From Kiritimatiellia bacterium (lineage in GTDB: Bacteria; Verrucomicrobiota; Kiritimatiellia; JAAZAB01), in NCBI GenBank assembly GCA_040767085.1, contig JAXGPF010000013.1:1-64000 (forward strand): a stretch of DNA of 64,000 nucleotides. Direction: 5' to 3'. The translations under genes and the position numbers were made by a program. The notes under the pieces were generated by a model that was not told the DNA's origin, did no database searches, and saw nothing but the letters and a program-made list of their open reading frames with translations. This document shows positions 55,717-64,000 of this stretch, piece after piece (positions within the stretch are counted from its first letter, which is position 1; every line of letters begins with the position of its first letter).

Positions 55717-56970
55717 TCAAACCCGCGCATTGCGGAAGAGGTCGGCGATGGTTTCCGCGCGGCGGATGCGGCGCAACGCGCCGCGGCGGGTGATCAGGTA
55801 TTCGGCGCTGCGCAGGCGGTTGTTGTAGTTATGTCCCATGGCGTAGGCATGGGCGCCGGCATTATGGATGACAATATAATCCCCCACCGCCGCCCGCGGC
55901 AGGCGGCGGTCGCGGGCGAACTGGTCGTTATTTTCGCAGAGGCGCCCGACGACGTTGACCGTTTCCATCCGGCGGGGCGCCGCCCGGCCGGCCGGCAGCA
56001 AGCTGATATGGTGGTAGGCGTCGTAGATGGCGGGCCGCGGCAGATCGTTCATGCCGGCGTCAATGCCCAGGAATTTTTTCCAGCCCTGCTTGATGACATG
56101 GATGCGTCCGACCAGCCAGCCGGCATCGGCGGCAATGTAACGCCCGGGTTCGGCCATCAGGATCGGCTCCGGCAACCCGGCGCCGCAATGACGGTCAAAC
56201 GCGCGCCGGACGCCCCGCGCCACCTGGTCCAGGTTCAGGCTGCGTTGCTCCGGGCGGTAGGGCACACCGAATCCGCCGCCGATATTAATGCGCTCGATAA
56301 CGATGCCTGTCCGGCGTTGCACCTGGGCGGCCAGTTCCAGCAGGCGGTCGGCGACGGCGGCGAAATAGTCTTCCTCCAGCACATTGCTGCCGGTCATGGC
56401 GTGCAGGCCGAACCGCCGCGCGCCCAGCGCGCGCGCCTGGCGGTAGGCTTCCGCCAGGCGGTCGGCCGGCACGCCGTATTTGGCGTCCGGGCCCGCCAGC
56501 ACCAGGCTGCGCATGCCGCCGCGGGCGATCCCGGGATTGACGCGGAATGAAATGAATTCCGGCATGCCCAGGCTCCGGATGACGGGCAGCATGCTGATGT
56601 CATCCAGGTTGAGCAGGAACGCGCCGGTTTGCAGGACGAATTTGAATTCCGCCGGCGTGGTGTAATTGCCCGTGTACATGCCGCGGGCGCCCAGGCGGCG
56701 GGTGATCCAGGCTTCCGCCTCGCTGGAGGCATCCGCGCCGTAGCCTTCGCTGAAAATGATCTGCAGCAGGTCCGGGTTGGTGTTGGCCTTGACGGCGAAG
56801 AGCGGGTGGAACGTCGGGAAATAGCGGCGGAAGGTTTCGCGGAACCGCGCGCAATTATCCCGCAGACGCCGTTCCTCGTAGAGGAAAAAAGGCGTCGGAT
56901 ACCGCCCGGCGGCGCGCCGGATATCGGCGGCCGGCAGATAAAGCACTTCAGGATTGACGTGTTTTGGCAT
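55717..56970 (-). CDS. lysA: Diaminopimelate decarboxylase
   Basis: FAVKAN, KYG, H..TGS, NIGGG, EPGR, RPAIY, G.LCE..D and GAH..AMG.NYN. Start at 56970 or 57021. Confidence 0.93.
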   Translation of the reverse strand: MPKHVNPEVLYLPAADIRRAAGRYPTPFFLYEERRLRDNCARFRETFRRYFPTFHPLFAVKANTNPDLLQIIFSEGYGADASSEAEAWITRRLGARGMYTGNYTTPAEFKFVLQTGAFLLNLDDISMLPVIRSLGMPEFISFRVNPGIARGGMRSLVLAGPDAKYGVPADRLAEAYRQARALGARRFGLHAMTGSNVLEEDYFAAVADRLLELAAQVQRRTGIVIERINIGGGFGVPYRPEQRSLNLDQVARGVRRAFDRHCGAGLPEPILMAEPGRYIAADAGWLVGRIHVIKQGWKKFLGIDAGMNDLPRPAIYDAYHHISLLPAGRAAPRRMETVNVVGRLCENNDQFARDRRLPRAAVGDYIVIHNAGAHAYAMGHNYNNRLRSAEYLITRRGALRRIRRAETIADLFRNARV

Positions 56971-57058
56971 ATAGTCAAGTAAAGATTCTACATGTTTTCG
57001 CGGTGCGCGCCGCGAAAACATGACGGTTTCTAGCGCAGCCGCTCTTTTCGTTGCAGCA

Positions 57059-57151
57059 GGTAGGGCGACGCCTCCGGCGGAGCCGTCCGGCGCGGCTCGC
57101 TCGGATCATGCCAAAGGCATGACTGGGAGCTTTATCCCGCTCCGCCCTGCC
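57059..57151. repeat. REP/REPIN-like palindromic element in the argD-lysA gap
   Basis: GGTAGGGCG (57059) ... CGCCCTGCC (57143-57151) outer arms, with inner stems GAGCCG/CGGCTC and TCATGCC-AAA-GGCATGA. Confidence 0.55.
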
Positions 57152-57161
57152 GGGAAAGCCT

Positions 57162-58409
57162 TTATGCGGTTGTCGCCGGCGCTTCGGCCGGCGTTTCCTC
57201 GGCGGCCGGGGCGTCGAGTTCGGCGTGCCATTCGGCGCAGGCATCGTCCAGCATGTCCAGCGCCTCGTCCACATCCTGCGGCTTGACGTTCAGCGGCGGC
57301 AAAAAGCGGATGACGTTGCCGGCGGTGGCCAGGGTGATCAGGCCCATGTCCATCAGGCGTTCTTCCAGGGGCTTGGCCGGCTGGTCGAGTGCCAGCCCGA
57401 GCATCAGGCCCTTGCCGCGGACTTCCTTCAGGTGAGCATACTTGTCCACCAGTTGCTGCAAGCCCTGCTGGAGGCGCTGGCCCATCAGCATGGCGTTCTG
57501 AAGCAGGCCCTCGTTCTTGATCACCTGCAGCGTGGCCAGCGCAGCGGCGCAGGCCAGGGGGGTGCCGCCGAAGGTGGAGGCATGCTTGCCGGGCTGGAGC
57601 ACGTCGGCCAATTTGCGGTTGGTGAGGATAGCGCCGATGGGGAAGCCGCTGCCGAGAGCCTTGGCCATGGAGCAGGCGTCGGGTTCGATGTTGTAAGCCT
57701 GGAATCCGAACCAGTTGCCCGTGCGGCCCATGCCGCACTGGACTTCATCGCAGAGCATCAGGATGTCTTTCTCGTTGCACAGTTCGCGCAATCCCTGGAT
57801 GAAAGCCGGGGTGGCGGGGATGATGCCGCCTTCGCCCTGGATGGCTTCCACCAGTACCGCCGCCGTATGGTCGGTGATGGCGGCGCGCACGGAATCGAGG
57901 TTGTTGAATTCGGCATGGATGAATCCGGACGGGAGAGGATCGAAGCCCTTCTGGACTTTTTCCTGGCCGGTGGCGGTCAGGGTAGCCAGGGTGCGCCCAT
58001 GAAAGGAATTGCGCATGGAGATGATTTCATGGCGTTGGCGGTCATGGCCCCAGAGCCGGGCCAGTTTGATCAGAGCCTCGTTGGCCTCGGCGCCGGAATT
58101 GCAGAAAAAGCACTTGCCGTGCAGCGCGAGTTCGGAAAGCGCCTTCGCCAGCCGGCCCTGGTGTTCGGTGTAATAGAGGTTGGAGACATGCGTCAGCTGG
58201 GCGGCCTGCCGGGCGATGGCTTCCGCCACGGCGGGATGGCTGTGGCCGACGTTGAGCACGGAAATGCCGGCCAGGAAGTCCAGGTAAACCTTGCCCGTGC
58301 TGTCCCAGAGCTTGGCGCCTTTGCCGCGCACAAAAACTACCGGCTGGCGGGCGTACGAAGGAACCACGTAATGATCGAACAGGTCAATGATGTCGTTGGT
58401 ATCAGTCAT
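57162..58409 (-). CDS. argD: Acetylornithine aminotransferase
   Basis: NSGAEANE, SFHGRT, EAIQGEGG, DEVQCG.GRTG and HASTFGG. Follows argB. Confidence 0.95.
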   Translation of the reverse strand: MTDTNDIIDLFDHYVVPSYARQPVVFVRGKGAKLWDSTGKVYLDFLAGISVLNVGHSHPAVAEAIARQAAQLTHVSNLYYTEHQGRLAKALSELALHGKCFFCNSGAEANEALIKLARLWGHDRQRHEIISMRNSFHGRTLATLTATGQEKVQKGFDPLPSGFIHAEFNNLDSVRAAITDHTAAVLVEAIQGEGGIIPATPAFIQGLRELCNEKDILMLCDEVQCGMGRTGNWFGFQAYNIEPDACSMAKALGSGFPIGAILTNRKLADVLQPGKHASTFGGTPLACAAALATLQVIKNEGLLQNAMLMGQRLQQGLQQLVDKYAHLKEVRGKGLMLGLALDQPAKPLEERLMDMGLITLATAGNVIRFLPPLNVKPQDVDEALDMLDDACAEWHAELDAPAAEETPAEAPATTA

Positions 58410-59280
58410 TTTTAACTATCTCCGTTCCTATTCCTTTGTCGGTGAATATTTCCAGCAAGAGCGAGTGGGGCAGGCGTCCGTCAATGATGTGCACTTTCTT
58501 GACGCCGGCGGCCAAAGCGTCCAGGGCGCCTTGAATTTTCGGCAGCATGCCGCCGCCGATGACGCCGCTTTTGATCAGGTCTTCGACTTCGGCGTGGCCG
58601 AGCGACGAAATCACGGATTGCGGGTCGGCCGGGTTGCGCAGGATGCCGGGGACATCGGAAAGGAAAACCAGCTTGCGGGCCTGCAGGGCGCGGGCCAGGG
58701 CGGCGGCGGCTTCATCGGCGTTGATGTTGTAAATCTGGCCGTTTTCGTCGCGGGCCAGCGGGGTAATAACCGGCACCATGCCGGAGCGCAGGCAGGCGCG
58801 CACCGGCTCGGCCTGGACCTCGGCGACCTGGCCGACAAAACCCAGTTCCACGGGTTGTCCGGTCTGGGCATCAATCGGTGTGTATTTGCGGGCGCGCAGG
58901 ATGCTGGGGCCCTGGATGCCGACCGCGCGCGCGCCGCGGGCCACCAGGGTCTCGACGATTTCGACGTTGACTTCATGGTTGAGCACTTCCGCCACCAGCC
59001 GGATGGCTTCCGCGTCCGTCACCCGCAAGCCCTGGCGGAAATTCGGTTGCAGGCCGGCCGCCTGCATCCGGCGCGAGATGGCCTTGCCGCCGCCGTGCAC
59101 CACGACCGGGCACAGCCCGACGCTTTCCATGAAGGCGGTGTCGGTCAGGATGCTGTCGTGGCAGGCGCGTTGTTCCATGGCGCTGCCGCCGAATTTGATG
59201 ACGACGGTTTCGCCCCGGAAGGCCTGGATATACGGCATGGCTTCAATCAGGACGCTGGCTTTTTCGATAATCGTTTGCAT
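58402..59280 (-). CDS. argB: Acetylglutamate kinase
   Basis: VIKFGG, VHGGG, GLRVTD, NINAD, GGMLPK and HSLLLEIFT. Confidence 0.98.
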   Translation of the reverse strand: MQTIIEKASVLIEAMPYIQAFRGETVVIKFGGSAMEQRACHDSILTDTAFMESVGLCPVVVHGGGKAISRRMQAAGLQPNFRQGLRVTDAEAIRLVAEVLNHEVNVEIVETLVARGARAVGIQGPSILRARKYTPIDAQTGQPVELGFVGQVAEVQAEPVRACLRSGMVPVITPLARDENGQIYNINADEAAAALARALQARKLVFLSDVPGILRNPADPQSVISSLGHAEVEDLIKSGVIGGGMLPKIQGALDALAAGVKKVHIIDGRLPHSLLLEIFTDKGIGTEIVKND

Positions 59281-59284
59281 GCGG

Positions 59285-60499
59285 TCAAGTCATGTAAGCG
59301 GCGTTGATGGCGACGTATTGGTCGGAGCAGTCGCAGGTGTAAATCACGGCGCCGGCCCGGCCCTGGTGCAGGTCCACTTCCAGCGTGAATGCCGGCCGGG
59401 CGATGACGGCATGGAGGGCTTCCTCCGGCAAGCCCGCGGATTGTCCCGCGCGCACCGCGCATTGGCCGTCATAAAAGATGTCCACCAGTTCGGGGCGGAT
59501 GGGCGCGCCGGAATAACCGGCGGCGCAGATCACGCGGCCCCAGTTGGGGTCGGCGCCGAACCAGGAGGTTTTAACGAGCAAGGATTGGGCGATGGCGCGG
59601 GCGACGCGGTCGGCGGCGCGCCGGCCCGGGGCGCCGCGCACGCTGACGGTCACCATCTTGGTGGCGCCTTCGCCGTCGCGCACGATCATCAGCGCCAGTT
59701 GCAGCGCCAGGCTCTGCAAGGCGCGCCGGAACCGCGGCCAATGCGGGTGCCCCGGCCGCAAAACCGCGTTGCCCGCCGCGCCGTTGGCCAGGCACAGCAC
59801 CGTGTCGTTGGTGCTTTGGTCGCCATCCACGGTGATGCGGTTGAAACTGCGGTTGACGGCGTCGCGCAGGGCAGTTTGCAGCGCGCCGGAATCCACGGCG
59901 GCGTCGGTGGTGAGGAAGGCCAGCATGGTGGCCATGTTGGGGCAAATCATGCCCGAGCCCTTGGCCATGCCGCCGATGACGACGGCGCGGCCGTCAATTT
60001 CCAGCCGCAGCGCGGCTTGCTTGCGGCGGGTGTCCGTGGTCATGATGGCGCGGGCGGCATCGGCGCCGCCATCGGCGGCGAGCTTGCCGGCCGCCTGGCG
60101 GATGCCGGCGTTGATCAGGTCCATCGGCAGGGGCCGTCCTATGGTGCCCGTCGAACAGACGAACACCGATTGGACGGGGATGCCGAGCAATTCGGCGGTC
60201 AGGGCCGCCATGGCCTGGGCATCCTGCTCGCCGCGCGCGCCGGTGCAGGCGTTGGCATTGCCGCTGTTGATGACGATGGCCTGGCCCGCGCCGCCCGCCA
60301 GGTGGGCGCGGTCAAGCTTGACCGGGGCCGCCTGCACGCGGTTGGAAGTGAAAACGCCGGCGGCGGCGGCAGGCGCTGCGGAGTAAATCAGGGCCATATC
60401 CGGCCGGCCAGGCTTGATGCCCGCGCAAACACCGCAGGCCTGAAAACCCGCGGGAGAGGTAATCCCGCCATCGTGAATTGCTTGCGCTTGATTTTTCAC
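59285..60499 (-). CDS. argJ: Ornithine acetyltransferase (ArgJ), GTG start
   Basis: NSGNANACTG, STG.IG, IMTTDT, KGSGMI.PNMATML, DGDQSTND and DGEGATK. Confidence 0.98.
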   Translation of the reverse strand: MKNQAQAIHDGGITSPAGFQACGVCAGIKPGRPDMALIYSAAPAAAAGVFTSNRVQAAPVKLDRAHLAGGAGQAIVINSGNANACTGARGEQDAQAMAALTAELLGIPVQSVFVCSTGTIGRPLPMDLINAGIRQAAGKLAADGGADAARAIMTTDTRRKQAALRLEIDGRAVVIGGMAKGSGMICPNMATMLAFLTTDAAVDSGALQTALRDAVNRSFNRITVDGDQSTNDTVLCLANGAAGNAVLRPGHPHWPRFRRALQSLALQLALMIVRDGEGATKMVTVSVRGAPGRRAADRVARAIAQSLLVKTSWFGADPNWGRVICAAGYSGAPIRPELVDIFYDGQCAVRAGQSAGLPEEALHAVIARPAFTLEVDLHQGRAGAVIYTCDCSDQYVAINAAYMT

Positions 60500-60500
60500 T

Positions 60501-60543
60501 AAAATTTCACCGCGAAAAAACCGGGCATGCCAGGTGAAATTTT
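60501..60543 (-). promoter_or_regulatory. 11-bp perfect inverted repeat spanning the whole rpsI-argJ gap
   Basis: AAAATTTCACC (60501-60511) and GGTGAAATTTT (60533-60543). Confidence 0.55.
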
Positions 60544-60941
60544 TAACGTTTGGAGAATTGGAAGCGTTTGCGCGCGCCGGGCTGGCCGGGCTTGGTGCGT
60601 TCGCGGGTGCGCGGGTCGCGCGTCAGGAATCCGCTGTTTTTCAGCACTGCCCGCAGGGATTTGTCAAACCCCACCAGGGCGCGGGCAATGCCGTGCCGCA
60701 GGGCCCCGGCCTGGCCGGCCGGACCGCCGCCGCGCAGGTGCGCCTTGATGTCGAAGCGCGCCTGGCTGTTGGTGATGACCAGCGGCTGCAGCGCGAAGTT
60801 GCGGTGGGCGGTAACGGGGAAATAGTTTTCAAGCTTGCGCCCGTTGATGGTCATGGCGCCGGCGCCTTCCGACAGCCAGACGCTGGCAATGGCTTCCTTG
60901 CGCCGGCCGGTGGCGGTGATAATGGGCTTTGCGGATTCCAC
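60543..60941 (-). CDS. rpsI: 30S ribosomal protein S9
   Basis: TGRRK, GGG..GQAGA.RHG, LTRD.R and QFSKR. Confidence 0.98.
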   Translation of the reverse strand: MESAKPIITATGRRKEAIASVWLSEGAGAMTINGRKLENYFPVTAHRNFALQPLVITNSQARFDIKAHLRGGGPAGQAGALRHGIARALVGFDKSLRAVLKNSGFLTRDPRTRERTKPGQPGARKRFQFSKR

Positions 60942-60961
60942 GGGTATTAGGTCCTCCAGTA

Positions 60962-61390
60962 TTAAATGCCCAGAGCCTGCGGCGCTTGGGCGGCGTGCGA
61001 ATGCCCGGCATCCGGGTACACTTTCAAACGCTTGAAGGTGGAGCGCATCAGGCGGTTTTTGGGCAGCATGCGCCGCACGGCGTCGTACACCATGCGCTCG
61101 GGATTCCTGGCCCGGATCGCTGCGGCCTTGGTTTCCTTGAGCCCGTGGCGATAGCCGGAAAAATCGGTGTAGATCTTTTGGGTTTCTTTTTTACCGGTCA
61201 GCTTCACTTTCCGGGCGTTGATTACGACCACGTAATCGCCGGTGTCAACATGCGCCGTGTAGATCGGCTTGTGCTTGCCGCGCAACACGTCGGCCACGCG
61301 CACGGCCAGCCGGCCCAGAGGTTTTTCGGAAGCGTCAACCAGGTGCCAGGCGCGCTTGATTTCAGACGCCCGCGGTACGGTTGTTTTCAT
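60962..61390 (-). CDS. rplM: 50S ribosomal protein L13
   Basis: WHLVDA, LGRLA, LRGKHKP, DTGDYVVVINA and MLPKN. Confidence 0.98.
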   Translation of the reverse strand: MKTTVPRASEIKRAWHLVDASEKPLGRLAVRVADVLRGKHKPIYTAHVDTGDYVVVINARKVKLTGKKETQKIYTDFSGYRHGLKETKAAAIRARNPERMVYDAVRRMLPKNRLMRSTFKRLKVYPDAGHSHAAQAPQALGI

Positions 61391-61415
61391 GCCTGCTTCT
61401 CCTTTAAAAGGGCAA

Positions 61416-61444
61416 ACCATAGCTGAAATACGGGAGCGTGTCAA
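61416..61444 (-). promoter_or_regulatory. Sigma70-type promoter of rplM-rpsI
   Basis: Minus strand TTGACA-N17-TATGGT, overlapping the stop codon of the upstream hydrolase. Confidence 0.65.
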
Positions 61445-62262
61445 TCCTGATTTTGCAGAAATTTTGCGGTTTCGCCCCACCAGGCCGCCGCTGGGGCGTA
61501 GTCCAGGGAACTATGGCCGGCCGCCTGCCGCCACAGGCGTTTGGGGCCGTGATAACTTTCATACAATAACCGGCCTGATTCGGCGGAGACGACTTCGTCA
61601 TGGTCCGCCAGCAGAAAGGCCGCCGGGCCGCGATAATGCCGCAAGGCCGCCCGGCTGTCATAACGTTCGCGCAGCATGAGGCGGACCGGGAAAAAAGGAT
61701 AATGCCGCCGTCCCACGTCCGCCAGGTTCAGAAAGGGCGTGACCAGCAGCAGGCCGGCCACCCGGTCCGGATGCCGGCCCGCCAGGGCGGCCGCCGCGCC
61801 GGTGCCCAGCGATTCGCCGACCACGATCAAAGGCCGGCCGTCCGTCGGCAGACTGTGGAGCGCGTCCTCCGCGGCAGCGCGGATGGATGGCTCCGACGGC
61901 CGGCCCGCGCGCGCGCCGTAGCCCGGGTATTCCAGCAGCAGGGTTTCCCAGGGCGGGTCCAGGGCGCGGAAGCCTTCGGCGAAATAGACCCGGTCCAGGG
62001 CGTGTCCGGCGTTGCCGTGCAGCACCAGCGCCCGGGGGGCGCCAGGCGCGTCCGCCGGCATCCGCCAGCCGATCAGTTCGCCGCCGGCATTGCGCCAGGG
62101 CTGCAAGCCGGCCTGTTGCGCTTGCGCCAGCAGATCGCCGGGCGCAACGCGGCTGGGATGATAGATCATACGGCGCTGGAATATGGCGCAGCAGGCCACG
62201 CAACCAAGGTAACTCAGGGCGGCGATCCGCAAGGTTGCAACTATGGGATAGGGCAAGTGCAT
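61441..62262 (-). CDS. Alpha/beta hydrolase (ABHD13/ABHD17-like)
   Basis: N-terminal anchor, HGNAG, EYPGYG, GESLG nucleophile, DEVV and GH. Confidence 0.9.
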   Translation of the reverse strand: MHLPYPIVATLRIAALSYLGCVACCAIFQRRMIYHPSRVAPGDLLAQAQQAGLQPWRNAGGELIGWRMPADAPGAPRALVLHGNAGHALDRVYFAEGFRALDPPWETLLLEYPGYGARAGRPSEPSIRAAAEDALHSLPTDGRPLIVVGESLGTGAAAALAGRHPDRVAGLLLVTPFLNLADVGRRHYPFFPVRLMLRERYDSRAALRHYRGPAAFLLADHDEVVSAESGRLLYESYHGPKRLWRQAAGHSSLDYAPAAAWWGETAKFLQNQD

Positions 62263-62291
62263 GGTGTCCGGGGGTTCCTTCCGGAGCGGAT

Positions 62292-62885
62292 TTAAGCCGG
62301 GTTGCCAGCTGCCAGCGCGGGGGGCGGTTCCGGGGCGGCTGACGGTTCAGTGGCCGTTGGCTGCGCCGGGCCCTCCAGCAACTCCAGCACTTCCTGCCGG
62401 ACATGCTCCAGCTGGTCCAAATCCAGCATGGGATCAACGATCAGGAAGGTTTCAGCGGTCTGGCGATGTTCGTAAATCCGGGCCAGGCGGCCGTCCGGGC
62501 GTTGCTGGACGTCTTTTTCCACCAGGAGGCGCCGGCGTTCCAGCATAACGGCCAGAATGTAAATGACATTCAGGCGGGAGGCGTCGGCCTGTTCCATTAA
62601 ATCGCGCAGCATGCGCTCGACATTCTCGCGGTTGAGCGGTTCCGGCGCCGGTGGCGGCGGCGCCTGGAAGATGCCTTTCCACTGGCTGACCAGCGTCGCG
62701 CGCTCCGGCGGCTGGGCCGCCCAGCACTTCTGGCAATGATCCTGACGCTGGTAGCCGTCCTGGTTGAACAGCAGGGCGGAAACGTATTCCTGGCCGTCGT
62801 CAAAAGGCTGCTGGCATTGCGCGCAGGCGGGGCTGCGGGGCTTGATATCCCAATCCTGGTTCGCGGAAAAATAAGGGTTAGGCAT
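62292..62885 (-). CDS. Hypothetical protein with N-terminal CxxC...CxxC
   Basis: CAQC...HCQKCW followed by YILAVMLERRRLL and YEHRQT.ETF.IVDP. Overlaps the pgsA stop region. Confidence 0.75.
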   Translation of the reverse strand: MPNPYFSANQDWDIKPRSPACAQCQQPFDDGQEYVSALLFNQDGYQRQDHCQKCWAAQPPERATLVSQWKGIFQAPPPPAPEPLNRENVERMLRDLMEQADASRLNVIYILAVMLERRRLLVEKDVQQRPDGRLARIYEHRQTAETFLIVDPMLDLDQLEHVRQEVLELLEGPAQPTATEPSAAPEPPPALAAGNPA

Positions 62886-63486
62886 TTTTCATCACCATTT
62901 TGCGGCATTTCCAGAAGTACATGCTGCCGGAAATGACCGTCAGCACGGTTACCAGCCAGACGCTGGCGATGGCGGTGTAATGAAACCAGCGGTTGAAGGC
63001 GACATTGATGGTTTCCGGCAATTGCCGTGCGTTCATCCACCAGGGCAGGATTTCGTCGCGCAGCGCCAGACCCAGCATGATGGCGGCGATGACGACGATT
63101 TGCCAGATGGTTTTATGCTTGCCCCAGCGCTCGGCGGAAATGATCTGGCCCTGGCTGGCCGCCAGGAGGCGCAACCCGGTGACCATGAATTCGCGGGCGA
63201 TGATGATGACGGTGATGAACGCCGGCACGATCTGGTCCAGCGCGGTAAAACAGATGAAGGCCGAACATACGAGGATTTTATCGGCCAGCGGGTCCATCAG
63301 CTTGCCGAAAACGGTGGTGCCATAAACGTTGCGCGCCAGCCGGCCGTCCCAGTAGTCGGTCAAGGCCGCCAGCAGGAAAAACAGCAGGGCGGTGGACTTG
63401 CCGTAGGGCACGGGCAGCGAAAGGCAGGCGGTCATGATCAACGCCATGACCAGCCGGCTGAGGGTTAACTTGTTGCACAGGTTCAT
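62878..63486 (-). CDS. pgsA: CDP-diacylglycerol--glycerol-3-phosphate 3-phosphatidyltransferase
   Basis: TDYWDGRLAR...FGKLMDPLADK, REF.VTGLR and GK.KT..Q. Confidence 0.96.
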   Translation of the reverse strand: MNLCNKLTLSRLVMALIMTACLSLPVPYGKSTALLFFLLAALTDYWDGRLARNVYGTTVFGKLMDPLADKILVCSAFICFTALDQIVPAFITVIIIAREFMVTGLRLLAASQGQIISAERWGKHKTIWQIVVIAAIMLGLALRDEILPWWMNARQLPETINVAFNRWFHYTAIASVWLVTVLTVISGSMYFWKCRKMVMKNA

Positions 63487-63493
63487 CGGATGC

Positions 63494-64000
63494 TCAAGCG
63501 CCGCGCGCGGCGCGTTCCGGCGCCGGCCGCGCTTCCATGTCGTAGCCGCGGTGGCCGGTATATCGCGCCCGGACAAAGGCGCCCGGGCGGCATTGCCGGG
63601 TCGCGCCGTTCAAATAAATGACGCCATCCACTTCCGGCGCGCAGGCGGCGGACCGCGCGCGCATGACGCCGGGCCGGCGCGGGGCCGGCGCCTCGATCAG
63701 CAGCAGGTCGGTTTGTCCGACACGCGCCCGGGCGGCCGCGGTCACGCGGCGGCGCTGCCGCTGCATCAGCTGGCGTTCGCGCTGCAGCATGATGCCGGGC
63801 CGGACGCGCGGCCGCAGTTTGGACGCGGGCGTGCCGGATTCAGGCGAAAACTTGAATACTCCCAAGTGGTCAAACCGGACAGCAGCGGTAAAGTCGAGCA
63901 AGTGCGCGAAATGGCGCGCGGTTTCGCCGGGAAAGCCCACCAGGCAGGTAGTGCGCAGGACGGCGTCGGGCAGGCGGCGGCGGATGGTGCGGAACAGGTT
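63494..64000 (-). CDS. rimO: Ribosomal protein S12 methylthiotransferase, 3' part (5' end outside the window)
   Basis: LRTT.LVGFPGET, FDHLGVF.FS.E.GT.A and a TRAM domain with APEVDG. Directly upstream of pgsA. Confidence 0.88.
   Translation of the reverse strand, partial: NLFRTIRRRLPDAVLRTTCLVGFPGETARHFAHLLDFTAAVRFDHLGVFKFSPESGTPASKLRPRVRPGIMLQRERQLMQRQRRRVTAAARARVGQTDLLLIEAPAPRRPGVMRARSAACAPEVDGVIYLNGATRQCRPGAFVRARYTGHRGYDMEARPAPERAARGA

Noticed and set aside
58778..60502. 574-aa plus-strand ORF
   Set aside because: Antisense to argJ/argB, which have clear catalytic motifs.

Overview
A 64-kb, GC-rich bacterial chromosomal window made up almost entirely of housekeeping genes. RpoB and EF-Tu signatures point to the PVC superphylum, most likely a Kiritimatiellae/Lentisphaerae-type organism (inference from remembered motifs, not from a search). 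The core is an uninterrupted ~31-kb plus-strand translation/transcription supercluster (6700-37808): tRNA-Thr, tuf, rpmG, tRNA-Trp, secE, nusG, rplKAJL, rpoBC, rpsLG, fusA, the S10, spc and alpha blocks. It lacks rpmD, infA and a str-linked tuf, and it is followed directly by a PilC/GspF gene, mpg and purF. The left flank holds a truncated HTH-like ORF, an unexplained highly structured ~135-nt element, a CxxCxxCC protein, a CPA2 antiporter-PTS EIIA fusion, def, two hypotheticals and a dus gene. The right flank holds an amidohydrolase, small secreted and membrane proteins, an AAC(3)-family protein, a nitroreductase, serA, a probable outer-membrane protein, recD2, tRNA-Leu and rdgB. These are followed by a long minus-strand array: rimO (partial), pgsA, a hypothetical, a hydrolase, rplM, rpsI, argJBD, lysA, dapAB, folK, panBC. 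I see no CRISPR array, rRNA, integrase/transposase or recognisable defence system, and no new multi-gene system that I can support with confidence. The best leads are: the unannotated multi-stem RNA-like element at 182-314; a set of deviant translation components (EF-Tu with a rebuilt switch I, a str-operon EF-G lacking domain IV translocation motifs, S12 with Ser at the near-invariant Pro90/91); a small membrane ORF near tuf carrying the DNAPEEK peptide that this EF-Tu lacks; the antiporter-EIIA fusion; and two families of short intergenic repeats. Start codons were adjusted by eye where the ORF track ran too far upstream.
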